From assembly GCA_965113315.1 (NCBI GenBank), contig OZ220364.1: 64,000 bases of DNA; one strand, 5' to 3'. Source of the DNA: Podarcis vaucheri (taxonomy: Eukaryota). A program made the position numbers and the translations under genes. Below are positions 36,401 to 51,400 of the stretch, piece after piece (the first letter of the stretch is position 1; every line of letters starts with the position of its first letter). Under the pieces are notes generated by a model, which saw only the letters and a list, made by a program, of their open reading frames with translations, did not search any database and had not been told where the DNA came from.

Positions 36401-39400
36401 TAATGTTTTTGCTCTGTATTGCTAAGGTATACAAACTTTGTTTGGATGCTTCTTGAACCTTCCAAAGTGCTGGATTCTTATGATTCTGCTATCTCAACAT
36501 ACCATACCACCCTTTCCTACCCCCCCCCCATGCTGTCTATAAGCATAGCCTGGGATTTCCTTTGAGTGGCAGTGCTTGCCATAGTTGTTTAAGTCTGTGT
36601 AACTCAAGGTTAGCCTATCGTTATTAGCAACAAGAGTACACACCAGATGAAAGGGTTCTATAAAATAATATTGTAGACTGCAGGTTAGACCATGGGCAGT
36701 GCAGATAGCACATTCCATCTATCCACAGATCAAAAAAATGTCAATTACAAGCTGTCAAATGAAATGAAGTTAGGTCAATTTTTGTTAAACTTTTTTCTTG
36801 TGATTTAACTGTCATTCAATGAATATTCATGCCAGGTCTGCTTAGTATTTTGAATAGTACTTTGGATAGATTGATAATAACCTTAAAACTAACATGATTT
36901 TTTACCTTCGGGGGGTATCTTCTTTCTAGGTTATGGAAACTGGAACTCTGGCACAAATAGAGGCAAGTACCATAAAATCTTAATTGACTGCCCATATGGA
37001 TAACAGTTAAATCAAAAAGTAAATTCAGAACTAATGTTGAAATGTAACGATTTTCACAGTTTTGATGTATTTCCTCCTTTTAATATCTTCTGGCACTCGT
37101 GCTCCTTTTATCCATCAATATTGTTAAGTCAGAGTTTATGTTACACTTGCTGGCCCTGTCAGTGACACTACTGCAGATTCTTACTTATGGCTGATATTTG
37201 ATCATCTGTATGTTTAATTTGGGCATTAATTTATCTCCTTCCACCTCCCACATGCTAATAATCATATTCATGTTAACTCAGAATTCATGTTAACCCAATT
37301 ACTTCATTGAGATTTATCACAAGAAATTTGCATAGCATTATAGCTGAATTCTGCTTGCTTGCTAGCTCTTTTCCAAATGTTCAAAGAATAACAAAGCATC
37401 ATGAACTTTCATGGGAAGTTCAGCTGCAATACTATATAGAGTTTGGGGGGAGTACGCCCCACTAAATTAAATGAGATTACTTCCGAATAACCATATTTAG
37501 GATCACATTGTTAAGCTATAATTGTATAAACAGCAGGAATTCAACCCCTTGGAACAGAACGGGACGATTTCCAGTAAACATGTATAGGATGCAGTGTTAG
37601 TTTCAAATTATGAAGTGTGAGCATGGAGACAGTAACAATGGAGTATATAAATCATGGAAGGTATGCTGGGGATCCAGTTCTGCATTGTATTCTGCAGTCC
37701 AATTACTATTGTAAATGGCTTTGGGATGCCTGATGGGAAGCAATTCATAAATGAAATAAATTATAAGTAGTCAGTACTATTAGCTTGAATAACTTTATTT
37801 TACTGGATGTGATGAATTTTCATTTCCACCCTTAATCAGTTTTAGTTCTAAATTTGTGTCCTTACAGTATTGTGTGAAGATGAAATATGGTGTCTTGCAA
37901 TTAGGTTCTCTTCTTATTGACACTGTTGTGCCACTTGCTATAATTTTTTAAGTGATTTGAGAATATTTTATTGGCTAGCCACAAATTCAGCAGATTTCTT
38001 ATGTAAATGAATAATTGTAGATGCTAGGGTAGGAGCTGAGTGTCTCTTCTGAAAACTCTCCCTTCCCCCGTCCTAAAGAGAGGTGGATCATTATCCAAGG
38101 TAAGATGTGCTGTTCATGGAGGCTGCCACCTTGGGCCCCTCCAGCAATCAGGATACACCTGATGGTATTGTTAATGGTGCTATATGCTGTAGCAGCTGAG
38201 CCCTTTTGCAGATGAGATAAAAATGAAGGTTGACTTTAGCAGGAAATTTGCTATGTACATTTTCCATAGGTAAGAAGATTAATATTTGGTAGGAGTTACA
38301 GAAAATGTTTGTCCAGACATTATAGACACAGCTATATCCTGAAGAGGAGCATTCTTGATGGTGATAATCTTGCATTAGATGCTTATGTATGGCAGGCAAT
38401 CTATGCTTACCAAAAAATTCAGTGACTGCTTCTCATTTCAGGTTACGAGGACTATAATTATGGATATGGATACAGTCAGGATAACTCTGGCAATTATGGG
38501 TACGGTATGGCCACTTCAAACTCTTGGGAAATGCCTAATTCAGATACAGACATGAACTATAACGCATCCACTGGCACCAGTGCTGATGTAATAACAAAAT
38601 TTAACAAGCGCTTAGATATGGTGTCTCATCTAGAAACTGACACGATGCAAGGAGGACATTATGGCTCAGGTGGAGACAGGTGAGTGTAGAGACAAAGGTG
38701 AAAAGGTTCAGTAATAGTTATAGATCAGGGCAGTTTCTGAAAGACATGTTGATCTAATGTGCTGTTGCCTAAGAGCTGTTCCCTTTGTTCTCCGACTGAT
38801 AGTATTGCTCTTTGCTTCATATCTTTGCTGTTGCTTACAGAGCTGGGGGGTGGGGAGGAGACAGAATTAGCCAAGTTGTACTTCCTCTGCCTTAGCTTTG
38901 AAAATAAGGTGCTTGTAAAGTGGTACCTCGGGTTACAGACGTTTCAGGTTACAGACTCCACTAACCCAGAAATAGTACCTCAGGTTAAGAACTTTGCTTC
39001 AGGATGAGAATGTAAATTGCACCGTGGCGGCAGCAGGAGGCCCCATTAGCTAAAGTGGTACCTCAGGTTAAGAACAGTTTCAGGTTAAGAACGGACCTCC
39101 AGAACAGACTAAGTTATTAACCTGAGGTACCACTGTACACATCTTTTAGTGAGAAAAGTTTGTTAATACTGTAACAGTTGATAAATTAATTGTAATGAAA
39201 TATTCTGAAAGAATAGCAGGTTTTAGAAACCTCATATAGTTTTGGATAGGTCACTATTTTCACAGAGTGTATGTCAGGTACCATCAACATTAATGGGATA
39301 TGTGTTTAGTTGGTTACCATAACTTAAGATTTTGCTTCAGCCAACTGAAGCAGAAAATAAGTAAATAGAGTATTCTGTAGAATCTTTCCTCAGTATATTT

Positions 39401-42400
39401 CTCATCCCTAGAAGTCATTAATAAATTGCTTAAGTTATTGTTCATACATAAGGAAGTTTACTTTGGATTGTTGAAGTGACTAGTGCTTATTGCTGTTAAG
39501 TTGGATATATGGTATAAAAAGATGTCAGAAGTATTTGCTTCACATTTATACCTGAGATTTTAACAGTTTTAGAGACATTGATTCCCAGACAGTTGGTGCA
39601 CTTTACTAGAATGGCTATATTTAGGGTTTTATTGGTTGACAGTCCTGTTTCATGGATGCATTTCTAGAGGTCAGGTGAATGAACTATGCCTAAATAAATT
39701 GTATGTGTCATTCCCTCTGGGAAAGGTGTCAAGGGGCCACTGTATTATAACCTGTTTTGTGTACATTCATGCAGCTTAGTGGAATCAAAGCATAGTAGTT
39801 TAACTGTAATGGGTAAATTATGCATAGCATTCTGTATTGCTTTTCTCTGTGTTGTCACTGTTTGTTTACCAGGTTCTAAAAGTAGCTTACAGTATCATAG
39901 AGCATGTTAATATTTTTTATTTTAAAATACCTTCACTTCTCCTTAATATTTATCTTACTGATATTGTGTCAGTTTTTAATTTATGACATTTTCATAAAAA
40001 TAGAAGATGCAAGAGATTTACAGAAATCCTTAAGGGATTACATAGTATCAAATGTGGTTTTGGTAGTGTATGCTCTATTTGCACTCATTAAAACAGCATC
40101 TCTTGCCTAAGAAAGGTAATTGTTGTAGATAGTTTTGCCAAATAGTATTTCTGTGTTTAAACTACAGATTTCATGTGCTGGAAGAGTATAAAAGTTTAAT
40201 CTCCCCTTTGCAGATACTGACTCAGGTTGTCAGGCTCTGCTGAAGTTGCAACCCTGTGCACATTTGGAAGCCAGTGTGATGCATCTCCTTATTTTCAGTT
40301 CTATCATACTAGGTGAATATTAACCCAGCACTGTTAATTCTCACTTGAGAGCCTAGGTGAGCATTAGAGACTAAATAGCAGGAAACTGAAATAGATTTAT
40401 ATTTTGGAAAACAATTTCATAGAAGGCTCAGTTACAACAGTGAGTAGTGCTATGTTATAAGTTGGCACAAGAGCTTTGGGTTGATAGATGGAATATTTGA
40501 GCTTACCCTGATAGCTTTTAGAATGACACTTTTCCTTCAGAGTTAGTTTTCAAAGTCTCCTCCTCAGCCATTGTTTCCTTTCCATGTCCTTGCTTTCAGA
40601 TCCTTGATACAAAGCTTGACCGTTGATTTTTGCACTTGTGCCTAGTACTGGTTTATTAAGTGCAACATGACTTTGTTTTGGTCTGCCATAGCAATTGAAA
40701 CAACATGCTTTCAGGAATAATGTGGATTTTGGCATTCAACTGCATCTTTGTCTCAGAGCCTCTGTACTGTTTTACATGCAGAGTATGTAGCTTAAATTTA
40801 AAGTTCTTCTTCAGTTTATGGAACTTTCTTGTGAAATTGTGCTGGTTCAAAGCTCTCCTTTATAGAAACAAGTCAACTTGTTTGTCTCAGCCACTCATTA
40901 TTGTGAGCATAGAAAATGGAATTGTAAGGTGTACTCACATATTTTGCCTGCACTGAGCTTTCCTGCAGACAAAATGTCATGTATAAGCATCCCTTAGTAT
41001 ATAGATGATTTCTGCTTTCTTTTCTTCTTACTAAAACCACTTTATTTTCCAAACTGCTAATAATTTGTGGGAACCGACCTTGCATCCAGTGACTTCACTT
41101 GTTTTGCATAGCTGAACACCTGAAGTGATTGGAGTGTGAAACCAGTAAAAGGGAAAAATTAAGAATTTGTATGACTCCTCCAAATTGAAGATATGTTTGT
41201 CAATCTGATCAGAGTGCTATGCTCTTTCTATGATTGACTGAGGCTAAACAGAACAAGAATTATATGTAGCCTTATGCTGATTTGCCCCCTCTATGTCCTT
41301 CCCCACTGCTATAATTCCCAAGGGAATAATTCTCATACTGAGTTAAAACCTCAGTTGAGCTTTGTTATTACCTTGACTCTAAAACACTTATGAGAGGTTG
41401 TTTCCTTTAATGTGACCTGTTTTACTGCCATTTTTGGCAGACACTTTAACATGGTGCTCTATATGCTACTGATTAGATTCCTTGCTTGCTGTGCAATTCT
41501 TGCAGGTATGATACATATGAGTCCTACGACTCAAGGCCTTCACTAAACGACCGTGATCTGTACAGATCCGGCTATGATTACAGTGAAGCTGAACATGACA
41601 CCGACAATGCCTATGAAGGCCACTATGACAACTCCTATGGGAACCGCAGGGACCAGTACCACAACAGAGCACGTGACAACTTTGGCCACCGGGGTCAGAA
41701 CTGGGCCAGAGACAGGCGAAATAACAGACCCATGGCTTCTGCATATTCTGGGCGCATGGGCGGACAGTGGAATGAACCGCCAGTGCCAATGGGAGGACGG
41801 GGCCATGGCCCCAATAGGCCCCCATCCCTTTTCTCCCACAAACTATTCCCTGAATACAACATGTTCCAGGGAATGCGAAGTTTCTCTGGCAACATGCGCT
41901 TTGGAGGAGGCGGCATGAAACAACGAATGAGGAGAAACTGGAAAATGTGGGATGCAGATTTTAAAGTAAGTACCTATGTGATCTTCTCCCACCTGTTTTC
42001 TGCCCCATTTTTAGGGACATTGCCCAGCAAGAGAACTGCCTAGAACTGAGTGCAAAGGAGTCTGTTTTGTAATTTAAACTGTTTTATTATAGGGAACATT
42101 TTTCTTCTCTGTCTCTTACATCTGCTTAGCACATCTTTATTTTAAGCTGTTCTTTAGGAATCTCATTGTCTTCAGTATGCTGCCTTAGCACCGAAAAGAT
42201 TAATCACTGGATTTTAGTCATATCTAGGAAGTGTGACCTGGGATTCATTCATTCATTTCGTATAAAATAGGTCAGGTCTTAGGTGTGCATGTCTGTACCT
42301 GTTGAAATGAGTTTTCTTGAGTGTAGAACTTAAAATGTGAATGAATGAACATTTCTTGGTTGGTGATAAGAGAACTTTTAGACTGTGCATGTGAGTAAAA

Positions 42401-45400
42401 ACAGTCTTTTCTTTCAATTCATAGAAAAAAAGAATAAAGAATGAGCCTTCTGCTAATAAACGAAAACAGGCTAACAGTTCTGATGAGCCTGACAATAAGG
42501 CAGCAAAAACTGATGGCTCTGACAACTCTGACTCTGATAATGGTAAGAGCAAGTCACTGAAGCCTCCTGTCTTGTCTTCTTTTCATTGCACCTTAGTTTG
42601 CCAATATTGAAACATTAAAAAAAAACTTTATTTTAACTGTAAGAAACCAATGATTACAGGAATATAATATAAAAGTAAACTTCACATCATACTTTGGTTG
42701 TTCAGGAAAAGGGTACATCAAGACAACCAGATTTCCCTCATCAGTGCAGGCAGACAACTTTGTGCACCAGTACTAAGAGTATAAGAAATAAAGTCCTTCC
42801 ACATAGCATATAATTTTCAGGGTCTTCTGAGCCATTAGAGACCTTTAAATAGTGGGTAATCTCTGAAATTGCTGTTTGTCCTCATACATTTGTATCAAAT
42901 GGTGTTTTTCACCATTGTGTTATTAAGATTCTGATTGCAGGTCTTTTGAGCATGAATTACAGAAGCAGCCATCCTAGAGATTTAACTGAGAAACTTGGTG
43001 GGGCCATTACAATAACTTTCACATATATTGGACTCTCCCTATAAATGTTAGTCCAAAATTTAGAAACCAGTGGGCATTCCCACCAGAGATGAATAAAGGT
43101 ACCTCTGCGCCCCCCCCCCCACAAGCGATCTGGAAAGAGTCCAGATATTCTAGAAATCTGTATCAGTGTCCGATGCCAAGTATGCTGTTTTTTATTAATG
43201 TTCATTAAAACAAAACTTTTTGTGAAATATTTCAGGCTTGCAACCCTATACCCACTTACCTGGGAGCAAATATAATTGAACTCAGTAGAACTTGCTTCTG
43301 AGAAGTCATATATAGGGTTGCACTGTTACAGTCATTTTATAGTCTGTATAGTTACTTGATATGTTGTTCTTTTCAGAAGAGGGCCCTGAAGGAGAAGCTA
43401 CTGAGAAGGGTTCTAAAAATGTGAGTCTGAATTTAGTTTTGTTTCAAAGTTTTATAATCCCAGTGTCTTATTCATATATGATAGGAACAAGAGTTACAAA
43501 TGATGTCCTGCCATGCTTGCCTTTCTGTTTAGGGAGAGACCATGTACAGTTCCTTTTTTCTGTTGTTCAGAGACCAGAGGCTAGTGTGACCAGGTGATGA
43601 ATGAATGTTTAAAGAACAAAGCTGACTCAAGGCACTGGTGCCCGAGGTGAACACAAGCTCATTCCCCAGCCTCACTACAATAAGTAGTATAATAATTTAA
43701 ATTGTTGATAATTGGCTCTCCTTTAATGATTCTCATGATATATAGATTGGGGTAACTCATTCACTTTGCTTTGTGTCAGGTCTGACACTGAGAAGACATA
43801 CTTGGTGTTTTTTCAGTTATTTATTGAAGCTTTAATGTATAGATCTGTACATCTGCTTCCAAATAATTACTAACATAATCTATTATGTTGTGCTCAGATA
43901 TAGGATGGACAGAAAGTGTTAGTGTACAAATAGAGAGTGAACCGTATACGGATTGCATTGCTGGCTATTCATTGTAGGTGATTGGAATTGTGGCAGCTGA
44001 CTCTGCTCTCATCTGATGTTAGTGCATGTTAAAGTTGGGTTTTATGTGCATATAGCTCAATATATGTAGGTCTGATTTTTGTAAATTGTGTTCCCCAAAT
44101 GTGAGAGATCAGATCTGGCCTACATGCATAAGGCCCCCTACTGTAATATGGCATTCCTTGCACTGGTGTCAGGCAGATGTAGTGATAGGATGGATGCAGC
44201 AAAAGGGGGTAAGGCCAGCTGACAATTCCCCACATTTTAGCTATGTTTGTGTATGGCTAAGAACTTAAGAAGGCATAGAACAGGAGTAGCCCTCCAGATA
44301 TAGGTGGACTACAACTTACATCATCTCTGACCATTAGCCATGGGCCCTGGGGCTGATGGGATTTAAAGTGCAACAACGTTAGAAGAGCCAAAGGTTCCTT
44401 ACCTCTGGCTTAGAGTTTGAGCATAGAGTTATAGTTTGATCAGTGCAGAACTGAGCAGAGTCCTATTTGTAGTTAGTGTCAATTTTCAAATTTTAATTGC
44501 AGATCTTATGATTTTGAGAGGTTTCTTAAAACATGAAATTCTTAAACAAATTCTGATGCAGCTACGGGTTTTTTCATTGCTCATTGTTGCAGAGAATTTA
44601 AAGGATACTCACAATCACAGCCTACTATATTGGTGTTTCTAGCAAATGGTAATTTTGTACTGTGGTTATGAACAGTGGCTGTTTATTGTCTAAGCCCCAA
44701 AGCATCTTGGTAGCTAGCAGCACTCCTGATTACTTGATGTAAAGTAATTTCTACATGTGTTGTTACCTTGCCTGTAAGCAAGTGCAGCTCTATGCTTCAG
44801 TGTCTTTAATTACATTTTAGGAGGGAGAGGGAGAAGGAGGTGAAGATGAGGAAAGAAAAGGAGACTCTGAGAAAGGTAAGTTCCAATGTACATGCTTTAG
44901 GGTTCTTCTGGTGATTATGTTATTTTTTGTGACAAGATGTGTGGAATATTGTGCAATTTATTTCTGGGAACTTGGTGTATAGAATAATCAAATCACTGTT
45001 TGTATCCTTTGAATAATTTGATGTACTTATTAATTTCTTTTTCGTTTTTATTTTCCTTTTATATTTATATTTTTCTTGTTTTGTATTTTTTCGTTTTCGT
45101 TTTGAATATTTGGATGTAATGTTTAATATATGCTTTCTTTGTAATTTTTAAAAATGCAATAAAGATTTTTTAAAAAGATGTGTGGAATATTGCAGGAGAT
45201 ACACATTATTGTATTAGAGCCATTTTATAAACCATTGATAGATTCCAAGTTTCAGTTTTTACATGTTGGTTCAGAACTAACCTAGCAAGTATTCCCTAAT
45301 AATACATGTATCTTGAGTACTACACAATTAGTTAAATTTACAATGATCAAAATAGTCATGTAGAAGAGTTTTACAATGTGATAATGTTAATTCTAGCAAT

Positions 45401-48400
45401 TCCCTAGACTATTTGTGGAGGTAGGCTATAATTGTTTTGAGCTAGTTTCCAGTACCAATATGGCTATGCCTTCAGCATGCACAGCAGATCACTTCCAGGC
45501 AGTGAAATTATTCAAAAATAATTGCTCCCAGAAGCAATAAAAATCTGCCACTTGGCTATGCTGAATATTGTTGCACATCATCCTAATCTCCGAGTGGTGT
45601 AAGACTATAGAAGTCCAGGCACTTACCCAGTGTTTGTGTTTCCCTTGGAAATGAGGCACAGCAAAGACTGTGGTTTCTTGGATATATGGTTTATTTACAT
45701 ATGTATACAACCTGAGCCTATGGTAAGCGCTTATAGCATTACGAGATGTACTTGCTTCATCCCACAGTCTTAGATGCCAGCAGAAATCAGCCATGGCCCT
45801 CTGTCACCCTGCTCCAGTTTGCTGCCTTTAACAGACTGCCACCTTTTCCCTCACATCATTCCCAGCTGCAATCCTATACCACTACTCTCCTTCCAACCCT
45901 AGCCTTTGTCCTGCAAGCTAGCTATGACTTGAAGGAGAGGCTTACACCCATTAGTCCTCCAGCACAGAGTACAGTCATACCTTGAGTTACAGCCGCTTCA
46001 GGTTGCGTTTTTTTGGGTTGCGGACCGCCGAAACCCGGAAGTAACGGAACGGGTTACTTCCGGTTTCGGCAGTCACGCATGCGCACCGAATTGCAACCCA
46101 CGCGTGCACAGACGCAGGTTGCGAACGTGCATCCCGCACGGATCATGTTCACAACCCGAGCGTCCACTGTATTTGCTTTGTTAATTGTCCATTACCTTTC
46201 TTTTGTTTTCCTTGATGGCTCTTCTCTGAGGTTTTTTCCTGAACTTGAAACTGGTTTGGCCTGTACTACAACCTTTTGCTAAATCCAGTGTTTGGCACCC
46301 ATGTGCTAGAACCGGGGTCCAGGAACCCCACAAACTCATAATCTAGATTGCTGGTTTGTTTCTGTTCTTATTTTTTATTATATTTTTGTGCTGTTGATGC
46401 TGTAATTCTATTTTGTGGACAGCAGTGAGATCTATGAGTATAGAGCAGTATACAAATGAAATAAAAAATAATATTATAAGCAGCAACACTTATACCTGGA
46501 ATAACCTGAAGAGAATTCTTCTGTGTGGGATCAAGCTCAGAGTTCGTCTAAACTGTAACTCACACTTTATCCAATGACCAGGCAGATTCCTATTTAATAT
46601 GTAGTACTTTCCAATTAACCTGTGAGGCAAACTAAATGTTTTTCTTCTCATATAAACCATCACTGAACAATTGATTTTGTGTATCCCACAGTTGTGTCTC
46701 CCAACAATTATATTTGTCTTAAAACTTTTAAGTAGCAATTGTACTTCCAAGTCTGATTAAACTCCAGGAAACTAGCACCTTGTGAATTATTTTATGTATT
46801 CATTTAGAAAATTTACAGACTTTTTTTTTTTTTAAACGATTCAAGCGGTGTACAGATAAGTTATAGTATGGCCTCTTCATTGAAGGTAGATTAGGAACCT
46901 GGAGCCCATTCTTACCCAGGAGTTCAGTAAGGTCCATGAGTAGATATTCTTTAAAAATAAACTGATCTTATTCATGTAGGAGCTATGACCATTCAAGAAG
47001 AGATCAGTCAAATCAAGCGCAAATTGCAAGCTGGTAAGAAAACTCAAGAGAGGCAAAAAAAGAGGTATCGTGATCGGATGGTGGAAAGGTAAGTCCAACA
47101 AGTTGTTGGAGGTTGATGTTTCATGTTGTACTTTCAAAAGTTTTTCAAAGGTATTATAACATTTAAAAACAAGCAATTCTCTGTTTAAATAATAATAATA
47201 AGCCAATGCCCTTCCAGTGCTCTACATCACAGCTGTACTGAAGTTCTGTGCAGTCTTGGGGATTGCTGGTAGGGTTAGAACAAGAAGTTGGAGGGCTGAT
47301 GGTCTCACGTATTCACCAACAACCGTTTCGGGATACATGGTCTATAAAGAGTTCAATTGGGAATAGGACAGCAGTGTTACTTATTCAAGCACACCTAGTG
47401 TATTGTAGTTCTTTGCTATAGAAACTATATCAGCTTGACTACATAAAGGAAACTGGAAGTTTTCAAATTACTGCTGTGCAGATAAAAATATTTTTCTTTA
47501 TTTGATATGTCTTAACAGGATTCAGTTTGTATGTTCGTTGTGCAAGTATCGCACTTTCTATGAGGATGAGATGACCAACCATTTGGAGAGCAAATTCCAC
47601 AAGGAACACTTTGCATTTGTTGGAACCAAGCTGCCCCAGCAAACAGCTGACTTCCTCCAGGTCGGCTTTTTTCCCCTTTGAGCATTCCATTTTCCTTTAG
47701 ATATTAACATGCAAAGCTAGATGTGGCACTTTGCTTCATTTTCCCCAATCCCTCCTTGTCATTTGGTTTTTAATTATTTCAAGTGCGGCAAAAAATGTAC
47801 TTTTGGATGACTGTCAGAGTAGAAAACATCATCATCTCTCAGTTCATCTGTGCTGCTCTTGCATTTTTCAGTACACAACACATCCACACCATTACCTTAG
47901 TTCTTGCTTTTGAGAGAGATGGGGGAAAGGAAAGGAAGGCATAGCTCTGATTGTACTGTATAGTAATCCTAGCATGTTGTGCATTGGGCCGGGCCAGTAT
48001 GGTATTATGCACTATTGAGTATTCATAAGCTTTTCTGCAATGCAGGAGTATGTTGCTAATAAAACAAAGAAGACAGAAGAACGCCGTAAAGCAATTGAAG
48101 ATATTAATGCAGTTATACAACAGATCTACAAAGACCAAGATCTTACCCAGGGTAGGTGTCTTAAAATTCAGCTAAAAAGCAATACATACTGTTGTTTTCT
48201 TGGGTAAAAATATTCAGTTTTCATTCAGAAAAATAGGATAGAGAATAGGAAGCAATTCCGTAATGTTCTGTGTGAGAGAAAGATATCCCTAAATTAACTT
48301 TGCTATTAGCTGAGATGGATATTGAATGCCCCACCCTCCCCACATTTTGTTCCTTCGGTACAGTCGAGGGGGGTGTTTATGTGTGCAAAACAGTCATTGT

Positions 48401-51400
48401 GTGTACAGTAGGATAGGTACTTTTTTAGAGAGAGAATTTCCCCCACTGCCCCTGAGGAATGGAAGTCTGTTATTTCACCCTCCTATATATTTTCCTGCTA
48501 TCAAAGGTTTCCTATAGGAATCTTATGGCCCTCCAGACGTTGCTGACAGCGTTCGCAACTCCCATTGTTCAGGTGCATTTTGCAACAGAGAATTTCATTA
48601 ATGCAAGCAGTTTTTGAGCTCTGGGTACAGTACTTGCACCTAAGATTTCAGATTAAAACTGCCACTGCTGGAAGGAAAGGAGGACCTTTTTCTGCCTCCC
48701 CACTTCCAACCACTCTCTGAAGACTGGAGAAGGGACCCTCATAAGAATATTAGGGGGGCAGGCAGGGGAAGTATGGCTTTGTTTTTTGCAGCCTTCAAAT
48801 GAGGACTAGACCATGTGAAAAATAAACATAAGATTTTAGCTGTAGTTTATTAATTTTCAGCTTTGTATTCTTGTTATTAAGAAGCACACCTAGACACTCA
48901 GTTGCGGTACCCATAACCTAGGTTTAAGGTGCCATTTAGCTCCTAGTTTTCATATCTCAGTTTCTAACACTGCTTACTGAACTACAGTGCTCATCATCCC
49001 TCACCATTGACATGGTTGCTGGGGCTTATAGGAGTTTGTGTTCCCACAGCAGATGGCCATGGGTTTTCCATATGCGTTCTACAGTCTGTAATATTATGAC
49101 TTCCTTAACTTTTCTCAGACATAGGTATGGAACATTTTGTAAAAAAGGTGGAGGCTGCTCACTGTGTTGCTTGTGACCTCTTCATTCCGATGCAGTATGG
49201 AATAATCCAGAAACATCTGAAATCCCTTGATCATAACCACAACCGCAGAGTAAGTGGATTTGTTGAATTAGCTGTTCACCACAAAAACGCACTGGAGAAG
49301 CTTGAACAATCACTACATCATTCAACTTTATAATGGCAAAAGCAGATGAAGACTAAAGCAATTGAATAATTTAGGGGCTTTAATGCTTATTTTAACATAA
49401 AAATACTTTAAAGAGCATGCTTAAGAGACTATAGTATCTATTTTAAATATATATATCAATATAGTATAGCTACTCTCCTGGCAGTAACATAGCCATTAAT
49501 GGCATCCGATTATTTTCAAGCAGTTCTTTGACTGCAAATGTAGCTCCTGCTTGGTTCTGTTAAAACACACACACACCAAAAACCTGCTTCATTAAATTTT
49601 TTAAGAATTTCAGTTGCAAATTCACTACCCTTAAGCTAAAGAACTTTAAAAGTGCATTGGCCAATAAAAAATTTATGTAGACTTTTTGATCTGTTTTGTT
49701 AAACACTAAATTATGAAAGAGAGATGTGTATATCTTTCTTCACACAGTGGACATAGGTTGTGGAATCAGTTGATCGCTGCAGCTCAGTACATGTCTCTTT
49801 CTTTTGTGCTACCCAGTGTTTACTGGGAAAGGTGTGGTGCATATGCCACAAACAGACTTACACTGCCAAATATAAATTTGCCCTTAGATGTTTGGTTGGA
49901 TATTAAGGTTCAGAATTAACAGTGGATAGGGTCCGGTGAATTGACAGGTGAGAAAGCAGTTTTTTTCCTTCTCAGCTTCCACAGTCTAAGTCTAGAGTGG
50001 GAAACCTTTTTGGCTCCACAGGCCTGATCATTCTCAGGATCTGCCTTGCACACCAAATTTGACCTGTCAAAATCAATTTTGCTTGGGAAGTAGGAGGAGG
50101 TTTGTGAGTCTCCTTCCCACATTAAATAGTTCCTGATAAAAATGTGTGAAAAGTTACTGTATTTTGGAAGGTTGTCTTGGTATAAAAAATAATGAAATGT
50201 AGATACATTTTGTGCAGACCATTTATTTATGTATTTTGTCTTCTAGGCTATGATGGAACAGTCAAAAAAATCATCATTAGTAGTTGCAAGAAGTATTCTT
50301 AACAATAAACTTATCAGCAAGAAATTGGAGCGATATCTGAAGGTAAAACGTATACACATAAAAACGGCCCACAGAGGGGTTATGGGCAGAATCCAAAGTG
50401 GCATGAGCGAACTTCATGCTTGCACTGTATAACTTATTTCCTTCTACCTTCAGCCACTATGCATTCCTGAAATCTGCTCCAGAGGATACCCTATCCCTCC
50501 AATGTAAATTTTGAGGGTGCATGGAGGGCTTCAGGGAAGAAGTGTGTGAGGTGAAGTCTGTTCCACTCACACACATGTTGGATACAACTCACCCCCCCCC
50601 AACTTAAAAAGAGCCATATTGCTATGTTAACAATGGAAAAGCTTTTATTTTCTAATATTAACTGAGTTTTAAAGTATTTTCCACTAATCTCCATTTTCTG
50701 TCTCTGCTTCATAGTGCACCCTCTCTTTTCTGTGCCTTACTATAAGGGCACTCTCAGTTTCTAAGTCTTAATTTCTCTCTGCAGACCACTGAACCCATTC
50801 CTTTTTCCATTTCTTCATCTGTACATGTCTGCACCTCCAACTTCTTAACTTCCCTGTGTTTTCTTACTACAGTGGTACCTCTAGTTACATACTTGATCCA
50901 TTCCAGGGTGCCGTTCGCACCCTGAGAAGTCCGCAACTAGAGCGCTGCAATAGAGCACTTCTGCGCATGCGCGCATGGCGAAACCCGGAAGTATACACTT
51001 CTGGGTTTGCCACGTTCGTATCCTGAAAAAACGCAACCAGAGACTGACGTAACAAGAGGTACAACTGTATGCAGTTCTCTGCCTCTTGCAGTGTTTTTTT
51101 CTGTTTGCACCCAGTTTCTGTATACACTTTAAAAATCACCTCTCTCGTTTTGCTTTCTTTCCTATTGTGTTCCCCCTCAAAATACTTTATTGAGAGTGGC
51201 AGCAATAGCCCAGGAAATCCACCCTAGTGAAGGGTCCACAGATGAAGGTGGACCATGCAGCATGCTTAGTACGCGGCAGCAGGCTTGAAAGACATATCTG
51301 AATCCAGGAAGAGGAAGTGTTCTATAGGCATTCTCTCATTTCCAGTCCAATTTAGAAGGGTTTCAGTAGGCATTATATATTCTTGTAAAGATGTGGGAGG

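Noticed and set aside
43590-43630. Box C/D snoRNA (GTGATGA ... CTGA)
   Set aside because: The boxes are only about 22 nt apart and there is no terminal stem.
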